A stretch of 36,732 nt of DNA, from positions 1-36,732 of IMG/VR virus record IMGVR_UViG_3300004106_000005; one strand, written 5' to 3'. Position 1 is the first letter of the stretch. Every line of letters starts with the position of its first letter. This stretch comes from a virus (taxonomy: Duplodnaviria > Caudoviricetes). Positions 1-7,868 of this stretch are shown one piece after another. The position numbers were made by a program, and so were the translations under genes. The notes beneath the pieces are model-generated. The model made no database searches. It saw only the letters and a list, made by a program, of their open reading frames with translations, and was not told the origin of the DNA.

Positions 1-43
1 CATTAGTTGTGTCTAGCTCGTTATCTTCAAGATTGTCTGCCAT
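1..43 (-). CDS. Partial CDS (5' end, MADNLEDNELDTTN...), probable N4 gp57-like structural protein
   Basis: ATG at 43 directly after the stop of 46..384, with GAGG upstream; runs off the window edge; identity from N4 synteny only. Confidence 0.4.
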   Translation of the reverse strand, partial: MADNLEDNELDTTN

Positions 44-45
44 AG

Positions 46-384
46 TTACACCTCACTACGCAAAGACTCAAGTTCCTGCTCGCTGTCAGCTAGTGCTTTA
101 GCTGAATGATAGGCTTCTTGAACGATGAAGTGCATGTACTGAGTTAAATGCCCAATAGCATTAAGCTGATTAACAATGTAAGTTTGATTTTTCTCATCTT
201 GCATCTGGTGTGCAGCTTTTAGATTAACCAAGCGTAAAGCGTAAGAACTTAAATATTTGTCTAAAAATACCTTTTTAAAATCAGGGTTACTTTTTAGTCT
301 ATCAAGTGCTAAACCAAGATCAATCTTTTCTCTAGCCTGCTCAATAGACATTTCTAATGCTTGGGATTCCTCATTCTGACTCAT
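46..384 (-). CDS. N4 gp58-like conserved protein
   Basis: 112 aa, coiled-coil character, ALDRLKSNPDFKKV motif, directly downstream of portal as in N4-like phages. Confidence 0.7.
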   Translation of the reverse strand: MSQNEESQALEMSIEQAREKIDLGLALDRLKSNPDFKKVFLDKYLSSYALRLVNLKAAHQMQDEKNQTYIVNQLNAIGHLTQYMHFIVQEAYHSAKALADSEQELESLRSEV

Positions 385-449
385 AAATCACCTTTTCGTG
401 TGTCCTCTTCTAGTATAAACCAGAAGAGATAATTATTGACCATTATTGG

Positions 450-2618
450 TCATTCCCCTATTACTTGTGGCTTTGCAAGATAAGCATCAACTGCTTTTTC
501 TTTAACATTATGCTCATGGTGTCTGTCAATTTTTTGCAAGTCTCGTTCTTGATGTACTCCTGATTCTTGCTCAAGATAGTTTAAATCTTGCACGTCAGCT
601 TGGCTGCCTAGGTGTCTAGCCTTTGCCTTCTCAGTGCCAGATTTAACTAAGTTAAGCTGTGCCTGTGTGGTCTCTTTAACTCCTCTAGCACCTTCTAATT
701 CAGCCGTTGCTGAGTGGTGCATAGTAAGAGATTGCTCTTTAGCAATTTGAGCTTTTAGCAGTTCAATCTCAAGTTGCATTTTCATCTCTAACATAGGATT
801 AGGTTCAGGTTGGTATTGCTCAATTTTTTTAGCGAGATCAGGCATTTTTCTTAGTCTTGCAATATCAGAAAGGATCATATTAGTCATCCCTTGATCCATA
901 TTATTCCCAATAGTTTGTAACATATAAGCAAGTTCTTCCGCTTTTTGATTATCTTCTTCAGCAGTGCTAATACTAAGTTGAAGATCAAAATTGCCTGCTA
1001 AATCATCTCTTCTTACTTGAATAAACTCTTCATCTGTAATGCGTATTACTTCCTCTTCTGAAAGAAATACTGCGTTCATACTAATAAATTTACGGCCAAT
1101 TTCAATAATGCCACTTGCTAACCTGCGCAAAATACCTAACTCACGCTTACTTGTAGCATCTAGGGCACTTCTTACAGCAGTAGCTGTGTTACCTAGTGCA
1201 GCACCAGAGATACCTCGGCTAAACGCTTTAATGCCCGTTAAACTTTCAGCTTCATTATTCTGTAAAGTCAGCATAGTCATAGCAGAAGCGGGTATCTCTG
1301 GGTAAACATGAGTAAACACACCCATTCTTGGATCAACACCAGCGTTAAATTCGTAGTCTTCACCACGATTAAACTTACGTTTATTAGCTGCATCTAAAAA
1401 ATCTCTTCTAAATCCTGTTTGACTATTGGCTGACTTACCCAGTAGGTCAACCATTCCTCTTGTTACAGCTCCAATAATTTTTTGGTTATCTTCAAGTAAT
1501 TCAGCGTCTGGTTCACCAAATACTGACTTGCGCACTGGCATATACACAGCGATAACAAATGGATGCTTCTTATCAGGAAACCTATTTTCTTCCAGTCTAA
1601 TAAGTGTATCACCTACCCATGCTGCAACAATGGGTACCAATACCCCATTATTTTTAATGTCCCATAAACCCCAATACTCGTATACTACAAATTGCTTACG
1701 CGATTTATCTGCAAAGTTAAAACTAGAGTCTCCTGGATCAACATAATCAGCACTTGCTACAGGTGAGGCTGCTTCAATGTCTATTTTTGTTAAGTTAGTA
1801 TATTTGCCATCTTTTTGTAAATTTGCCAGTGATGTTTTAAACGCTTCAGCGATAAAACTTGCCTTTTTAAAGTCACCATTACAAGAAGGATCAACTATTA
1901 GATTATTAGAATCAATAATTTCCCAGCATGGCTGGTTTTTTGATTCAATTTTTTTAGTCTGGATTTCTGTTCCTATTTGCTTAGGCAGCAATGCTTCACC
2001 AGTCTCTAAAAATAACTGTAACGCTTGGTCTAGCCCTGGAGTGCTACGGTCAGCATACGCTTCAGGGTCTTGCTGTTGCATTTGGATTAGTGTTGTGTAG
2101 TGCTGTGGTGCTTGTCCTGTCTCATCTGGTACAAACTCGTATGTAGGTACTTCTACTTCAATTTCACTTTCTTCTGTTTCCCAACCTACTTTAACTATTA
2201 CACTACCCGTATCAACAGCGTCTCTAATATAAGCGTCAATAAATTTAATTTTATCTAATTTAGTGTTAATTTGATTATTAAGAACTAATTCATTTTGTTT
2301 TGCCCTATTCCTATCTCCTGCTGTTACAGGCCTTACATTAAACAAATCTGAGGTGCTTAAAAATGGCTCAGATAAAGATGAATATCGCCATTCATTTTGT
2401 TTACGAATTAACCTTGGTTGCACATTAGAGCTACCAGTAATTTTTGCTATCTTGGCTGACCCAGTAATATTACGAGCATCCAGCCACCTACTAACATTAG
2501 CAGTGTACTCATCAGTGGCAGACTTAGCATCTGTAATATTCTGTTTTAAATCTAAAATTGTGGGTTCGTTAACCCAATCGGTAAGTGCTTGTGTCTCTAC
2601 TTGGGGGGTATCTGCCAT
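450..2618 (-). CDS. Portal protein (N4 gp59-like)
   Basis: 722 aa; LTDWVNEPT..DLK, QPRLIRKQNEWRY..LSEPFL, YEYWG.WDI and GNFDL.L.IST motifs typical of N4-like portals. Confidence 0.92.
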   Translation of the reverse strand: MADTPQVETQALTDWVNEPTILDLKQNITDAKSATDEYTANVSRWLDARNITGSAKIAKITGSSNVQPRLIRKQNEWRYSSLSEPFLSTSDLFNVRPVTAGDRNRAKQNELVLNNQINTKLDKIKFIDAYIRDAVDTGSVIVKVGWETEESEIEVEVPTYEFVPDETGQAPQHYTTLIQMQQQDPEAYADRSTPGLDQALQLFLETGEALLPKQIGTEIQTKKIESKNQPCWEIIDSNNLIVDPSCNGDFKKASFIAEAFKTSLANLQKDGKYTNLTKIDIEAASPVASADYVDPGDSSFNFADKSRKQFVVYEYWGLWDIKNNGVLVPIVAAWVGDTLIRLEENRFPDKKHPFVIAVYMPVRKSVFGEPDAELLEDNQKIIGAVTRGMVDLLGKSANSQTGFRRDFLDAANKRKFNRGEDYEFNAGVDPRMGVFTHVYPEIPASAMTMLTLQNNEAESLTGIKAFSRGISGAALGNTATAVRSALDATSKRELGILRRLASGIIEIGRKFISMNAVFLSEEEVIRITDEEFIQVRRDDLAGNFDLQLSISTAEEDNQKAEELAYMLQTIGNNMDQGMTNMILSDIARLRKMPDLAKKIEQYQPEPNPMLEMKMQLEIELLKAQIAKEQSLTMHHSATAELEGARGVKETTQAQLNLVKSGTEKAKARHLGSQADVQDLNYLEQESGVHQERDLQKIDRHHEHNVKEKAVDAYLAKPQVIGE

Positions 2619-2659
2619 TGCTATACCTGTGAATAGTTAAATTTTTACTATCAAATATT

Positions 2660-3043
2660 TTATACTGCTAATGCGTCAAGTTCTGCTTGCTGCTGGCCTA
2701 ATAAAGTGCCAATAGCTTGTCTAAATAAGGCATCATTTTCTTTAATTTTAGCAGCTAGAGTAGCTACTGTAATATTACGGGCTGTAGCCATTGCTGACAA
2801 CATAGGTGTGCTCACTGTGTTATCTGCGATATACTCGTCTGCTTCTTTGAGTTGGGTGAACCATGTTTCCCTTTCTGTTTGTGTGTATGGCTGTGCGACT
2901 TGTGCCATCAAGAGGGAGTAACGTTGGCGTATCTCGTGTTCATCGATAACCTGTTGTTCCTCGGCTGTGAGGGCAGGAAATTCATCTGGAAAATCTTCGT
3001 GTAAGCGCCCCCATAAAAGAGGAGAATAGTCTTCCCTTGGCAT
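2660..3043 (-). CDS. Putative tail fibre assembly chaperone
   Basis: PY...ERETW..Q..EA..Y....TPML..MA.AR motif typical of small proteins next to tail fibres; directly downstream of the fibre gene. Confidence 0.65.
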   Translation of the reverse strand: MPREDYSPLLWGRLHEDFPDEFPALTAEEQQVIDEHEIRQRYSLLMAQVAQPYTQTERETWFTQLKEADEYIADNTVSTPMLSAMATARNITVATLAAKIKENDALFRQAIGTLLGQQQAELDALAV

Positions 3044-3047
3044 GTCA

Positions 3048-6000
3048 TCAGCCTCCTATGGCTACGTAATTTAACGTTCCCACCGCTTCTGCCACTGAGG
3101 AACCTACGGTTAAAGTGGCAGAGGTGCAAGTCATGACATTATCAGTGTAGCGTTGGGAAAACACATTACTTGTAGAAAAGCGCCACGCAGTGCCATATGT
3201 TTTATACATACACATCTTGATGTAAAGTATGTCTGTTGAAGCAGAGCAGGAAACAGTAGAGCTTCCTGTGTATAGCATATCCCTTGACACCGGAGTCACC
3301 GCTAATGAGACAGTAGGCCCGTCATACCAACCATTTGTGTAATACTTTAACTTAAAGTACACTATACCGTCATACTCATAAGATGCTGATCCCGGTTGCA
3401 CAGCGAACTGTGTACTCCAATCAAAATTCACAGTTACAGATCTTGTAGTTGGCCTTGAAGTTGCTGTGCTTGTACCTTCCCACCAGCCATAACTACCACC
3501 TGCGTCAACTAAATCGTCACGTACAGTGACTGTGTTAAATGCTGGTGCTGTTTGTGTGTAACCTCCTGTACCAAAAACTAAACGGCATACAGGAGTAAAC
3601 TGGTATATATTTCCTCCTGTATGAGTTACACTTGCTGACAGTTGCAGGGATTGTTCTTGGTTGACTCCACTAGGCTTATAAGTGGTGATAGAATTGGGGG
3701 AGACCATAACTTTTGGGGGGACTCTCCAATACCCAATATTCGTTGTTGCGTTGTGAGCGCATGTCCCCGTGACTATTTTACTCAGCGATTTATAAGCATT
3801 AAACTGAGAATTGTAATAATCATAAAAAGTTATGTCGCCCCCATTGATAAGGCAATATCTATTTCCGGCAACATTGGCTGTTTGCCCGATACTAATACTG
3901 GAATCTGCGTGTATCTTCCCCCCATCAATAGTTGTTGTACTACCATTATATCCTAATGTAGCATTATCTATCGCTGCGTCAAATATGTGGAAAGTTAAGC
4001 CATCCACATAACAAGTTCCTTGGTAATAATTAGTGGCACTCCATGTCCCAAGTATATAAATCCGTACCCCACAAATTCTTCTGGCAGCACCTTTTAACCT
4101 GCAAGAAAAAGGAATTTTTTGCCAAGCGTTAAGTATACTGGTGTCAGGAGTAAAAATGAAACCTTCAGCTTCACTAGAGTTGTAATATAGTACTACGTAT
4201 ATAGCAGGTTTTCCTACTCCTATGGCAGAAGCTATATAAAAATCTATAGTCCCTGCTACAAAACTCCCAAGAGGCAAAGGAGCGGTGTTCCACATAACTG
4301 CTTTGTGCAGCCCAACAGCTTGAGTAGCCCCCCCTGGGCATACCATTTTAACTGAATTTGAACCGTATCTAACTATAGTGGTCTCCTTTGTGGGAGAAGC
4401 CCCGCTCCAGTTTGACCAACCATCAGGCAGTGCGCCTGTCCATTTTTCAAACGATGGGTTAAATCCTAGTGTTGTCGCTGCGTCATTGGCGTATATTTTA
4501 TCAGTAGGAATATTTGACACACTACTCCAAACAGCAGATAACCCTGCTGACTCAATCATCCTGGCTAGTAGAATACTTTTTGTTTTGTATGCATTAGAAA
4601 ATTTAGTCTTAAAAGTAGTGCTATCTGGTAATTGTGTAGAAATAGTAGGATTAGCCATATACTGAGGGCAATAACTTATAAGTGCGCTCATAGCTGCACT
4701 ATAGTTATTTTTTTCAGTAATAATGCCATATTGAGTTGCTTTAGTTACTAAATTTGCTTGTTCAGCAACTAAAATATCATATTCTTGTAATAGAGCAGGT
4801 TTTTCACTAGGATCAATTATACTATCATCAGTAATATCATCAATTCTACCAAGAGCATCTGCAACATCAACTGCTGTCGCTGTAATCAGTATGCCTGATT
4901 TTTCAAGTATTTTTGTTAATAAATTATTTTTAGCAGCATATACATCAGTAAACTTACTATTAAAAGTAGTGCTATCTGGTAATTGAGCAGCAGTAGAAGG
5001 ATCACTAATATATGGCAAACAATAACTTGTTAATGCTGTTATAGCTGTGTTATAAGCATTTCTTTCCGTTATAATACTATACTGATTTGCTCTATCTACT
5101 AATTGTGCTTGTTCTGCGATTAAAATATTATACTCTTGCAATAACGCAGACTTTTCACTGGGGTCAATTACAGTGTCACTGGTAATATCGTTAATTCTGC
5201 TCATAGCATAATCAGCGTTTGCAGCAGCAGCAGCGGCATTCTCAGAAAAAGCTACAAAAGTAGGATGAAAATTTTCAATAGGTACACCAGTAAGATCAGA
5301 AGTAGAAGTTAATTGCATCTGTATATTATAAAATTTAGCCGTACCCGTGTTATGGCTTAATTCATAGCCAGTTTTTAAGGCATCACTAAAGTTAGCAGAT
5401 CGTAAATCACCTCCGACAATCATACTTGCATTAAGTGTTATTTCTCCAGAATCTGCATCAACAAGAAATATTTTTTTAGGTGTAACATTTGTACCAGACA
5501 CAGAAGACACTACAAAGTTATTTGCATCAATACTAAACACAGACTTGTCTTCTTCGGGTATTAACTGCCAATACACACCAATTCCTGCTACAGGATTATT
5601 CTGGTTGTTAGATTCATGTGCTAAAATACACTTATATGCGCTGTCTATATACCAGCATGTGTCACCAATAGCGTAATTGTGTGCTTCTAAAATCCAATTT
5701 TGGTGTACTAACATTTTAAACCCGGAGATCATCTTATTCCCCTGGTTGTCTTCTGTAACAGTAATACCAAAATAATTAGCCATCATAGAACGGATAGCTG
5801 TCATTTCACTAGCTGTGCTATCAAGGGATTCAACGTGTAAAGCTAATAAATCGTTAGCTGCTGTTAGTGTCTGCGTGGCAGTATATAACTCATTAGTTTG
5901 AGTGTTAACAGTCATCAGGCCTAACTCTATAGAATCAGCTAACAGTGTAATATGTGCGTCATGCTCTATTGTTAAATTTTTAATATCGTTAAAACCAGTA

Positions 6001-6710
6001 TTAGCTTGACCTTCAATATTGTTTACATGTGCGTAGATACTATCTGCACTAACAATAAATTCGCCGTATTTACTATCGATCATCCCTGCCATATCAGTAA
6101 TTTGCTGAGATTGCATGGCAATCTGTTCAGCAGCTATAGCAATATGGCTACTAGCATAGTCAATAAATCCACCAGGATCATTTAAGTCTTTTAAGGATGT
6201 AACAGCTAGGTTAATTTTAGTTGCCTGCTGTGATATTTCGCTCATTAAAGCTGTTATATTATGATCGTGAACACTGACATCAAGAGCAATCTGGTCAATA
6301 GAAGCACCTGTTTGTGACAGGTAAGTCTTAACATTATGATAATCTGACCCATCTGAACCAAATAAAGAATCAAACAGATTCACGTAAGCCTGCAAAGTAT
6401 CGTGAGTTAAATTGATCCTGTTTAAAAATGTTTCTTCGATTTCTAACTCAGTTACTAAACCACGCATTAAGTGTACAATTTCTTTAACATCAGCAGTTTG
6501 CCCAGGTAGCCATACTGGCCCACGTCCTCCTGTTAAAGCAACGTTAATAGTTGGGTTTCCCCCACCTTTGACTGTTACGACAGGGTTTGAGTTCAAAACT
6601 TTGACAGTTGTACCCTGTTCAGCAATGTTAATCTGAGTAGGAGTATTGTCCTTTGCGTTAATATAAATAGGACGCTCAACAACTGTAACTTTGACAGGTA
6701 AACTACTCAT
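3048..6710 (-). CDS. Tail fibre / receptor-binding protein, modular (coiled coil, CBM5/12-like, duplicated helical domain, CBM-like jelly roll, beta-rich tip)
   Basis: 1220 aa; W....Y.IGD.CWY....YKC..AH.S...P.....WQ module; two DPSEK repeats; NPSFE.W...PDGW module; position between portal and adaptor. Confidence 0.75.
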   Translation of the reverse strand: MSSLPVKVTVVERPIYINAKDNTPTQINIAEQGTTVKVLNSNPVVTVKGGGNPTINVALTGGRGPVWLPGQTADVKEIVHLMRGLVTELEIEETFLNRINLTHDTLQAYVNLFDSLFGSDGSDYHNVKTYLSQTGASIDQIALDVSVHDHNITALMSEISQQATKINLAVTSLKDLNDPGGFIDYASSHIAIAAEQIAMQSQQITDMAGMIDSKYGEFIVSADSIYAHVNNIEGQANTGFNDIKNLTIEHDAHITLLADSIELGLMTVNTQTNELYTATQTLTAANDLLALHVESLDSTASEMTAIRSMMANYFGITVTEDNQGNKMISGFKMLVHQNWILEAHNYAIGDTCWYIDSAYKCILAHESNNQNNPVAGIGVYWQLIPEEDKSVFSIDANNFVVSSVSGTNVTPKKIFLVDADSGEITLNASMIVGGDLRSANFSDALKTGYELSHNTGTAKFYNIQMQLTSTSDLTGVPIENFHPTFVAFSENAAAAAANADYAMSRINDITSDTVIDPSEKSALLQEYNILIAEQAQLVDRANQYSIITERNAYNTAITALTSYCLPYISDPSTAAQLPDSTTFNSKFTDVYAAKNNLLTKILEKSGILITATAVDVADALGRIDDITDDSIIDPSEKPALLQEYDILVAEQANLVTKATQYGIITEKNNYSAAMSALISYCPQYMANPTISTQLPDSTTFKTKFSNAYKTKSILLARMIESAGLSAVWSSVSNIPTDKIYANDAATTLGFNPSFEKWTGALPDGWSNWSGASPTKETTIVRYGSNSVKMVCPGGATQAVGLHKAVMWNTAPLPLGSFVAGTIDFYIASAIGVGKPAIYVVLYYNSSEAEGFIFTPDTSILNAWQKIPFSCRLKGAARRICGVRIYILGTWSATNYYQGTCYVDGLTFHIFDAAIDNATLGYNGSTTTIDGGKIHADSSISIGQTANVAGNRYCLINGGDITFYDYYNSQFNAYKSLSKIVTGTCAHNATTNIGYWRVPPKVMVSPNSITTYKPSGVNQEQSLQLSASVTHTGGNIYQFTPVCRLVFGTGGYTQTAPAFNTVTVRDDLVDAGGSYGWWEGTSTATSRPTTRSVTVNFDWSTQFAVQPGSASYEYDGIVYFKLKYYTNGWYDGPTVSLAVTPVSRDMLYTGSSTVSCSASTDILYIKMCMYKTYGTAWRFSTSNVFSQRYTDNVMTCTSATLTVGSSVAEAVGTLNYVAIGG
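4566..5198 (-). repeat. Tandem intragenic duplication (351-nt offset, 117 aa) in the tail fibre
   Basis: RINDITSDTVIDPSEKSALLQEY... vs RIDDITDDSIIDPSEKPALLQEY...; the DNA stretch AAAAGTAGTGCTATCTGGTAATTG recurs at 4611 and 4962. Confidence 0.9.
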
Positions 6711-7117
6711 ACAGTAACTTCTCCTGTTACATTTACAGTACCGTATAAAAATTTATCAACAATAGGCACAGCCTCTGGAGTGCCACTATCAATAACAAGT
6801 TCTAATTCGTACACTCCACTATTCCATTTTAATGCTGCTGTTTCTGCTGCGGATAGCTCAATAGTTAGCGATTCCACATAGGGAGCTTCTAACCCAACTT
6901 GTTCAAAACGAAGCCTACCATTAGCCGTAGTCAGTTCTAACAGCGGAGTTCTTACAGTATGCCCTGGTTTACTTATATCCCAGCTAGGACGTATTTGCAT
7001 ACGTGCAGATGTGTATGTTTGTAAAAAAGCTATTGGGCCATTATCATCTGAGGCAGTTAAGGAAATACCAAATGTACTACCACGATAGATTTTTATGTCA
7101 TATTTACCAGGTTGCAT
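6707..7117 (-). CDS. BppU/LtfC-like beta-sandwich fibre attachment protein
   Basis: YDI.I.RG.TF...ARMQIR...LLELTT.NGR...L.A.ET..L....GVY.LEL motif pattern; overlaps the fibre start. Confidence 0.6.
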   Translation of the reverse strand: MQPGKYDIKIYRGSTFGISLTASDDNGPIAFLQTYTSARMQIRPSWDISKPGHTVRTPLLELTTANGRLRFEQVGLEAPYVESLTIELSAAETAALKWNSGVYELELVIDSGTPEAVPIVDKFLYGTVNVTGEVTV

Positions 7118-7836
7118 TATACAAATCCTCTTGTGTCAAAAATCAATCTAGTTGTGTTGTCATCTGTCATGATACCAAGAGTTTCTAACTTTTTACATGC
7201 TAGTTCATACTGGTACATAAATGTATTAACAGGCTGTGTGCTACCTTCAGCAGGAGAGGTATTCATTCCTCTAACAATTCTACCTGCTATAAATAAAAGA
7301 AGAGGATCAAGTATGTAATTTGGAATAAATAAGTCTATATTTTTTGCGTTAAAGCTGTTTTCAACAACAATTTTAGGATGGTCAGCTTGATAGTGCACTG
7401 TTACTATCTCGGGTACACTAATATTAGAGAAAATTAAAGTGTCAAATAGAGGAATACTAACCCAATTATTTTTAGTAGAGTCATTTATAGGTAATTCTGT
7501 GCCATCTGGTGTCTTAATACTAAGAACTTTTAACAAATCATCTGTAAATGGCTCTTCTACAGTGTGTTCAATGTAAGTAGTGTCATCTACATATTCTGTA
7601 ACAGCAGCATATGTAGAACGCAAGTAATATGTGTTAACTCCTGTAACTTGATGCAGCTTTAAATCACGTTGTTTTAAGTTAAACCGTTTGTGTAGTTCAG
7701 TTAAACCAAGATTTATATGTGATACTATCTTAGGGTGATCAGCTTCAACTATTGTTCCTAGTGTAGAGTTACCTACAGCAAGTCTGCTTAACTCACCATA
7801 AGCAAGCATATCGAATAAATCTTGTAATGTTAGCAT
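7117..7836 (-). CDS. Head-tail adaptor (N4 gp67-like)
   Basis: LAYGELS.L, INLGLT.LHKRF, F.DDLLKV, C-terminal F..RGFV; directly downstream of terminase as in N4. Confidence 0.8.
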   Translation of the reverse strand: MLTLQDLFDMLAYGELSRLAVGNSTLGTIVEADHPKIVSHINLGLTELHKRFNLKQRDLKLHQVTGVNTYYLRSTYAAVTEYVDDTTYIEHTVEEPFTDDLLKVLSIKTPDGTELPINDSTKNNWVSIPLFDTLIFSNISVPEIVTVHYQADHPKIVVENSFNAKNIDLFIPNYILDPLLLFIAGRIVRGMNTSPAEGSTQPVNTFMYQYELACKKLETLGIMTDDNTTRLIFDTRGFV

Positions 7837-7868
7837 AATAAAGCCTCTTTAGAGTGTATTCTAAACTT

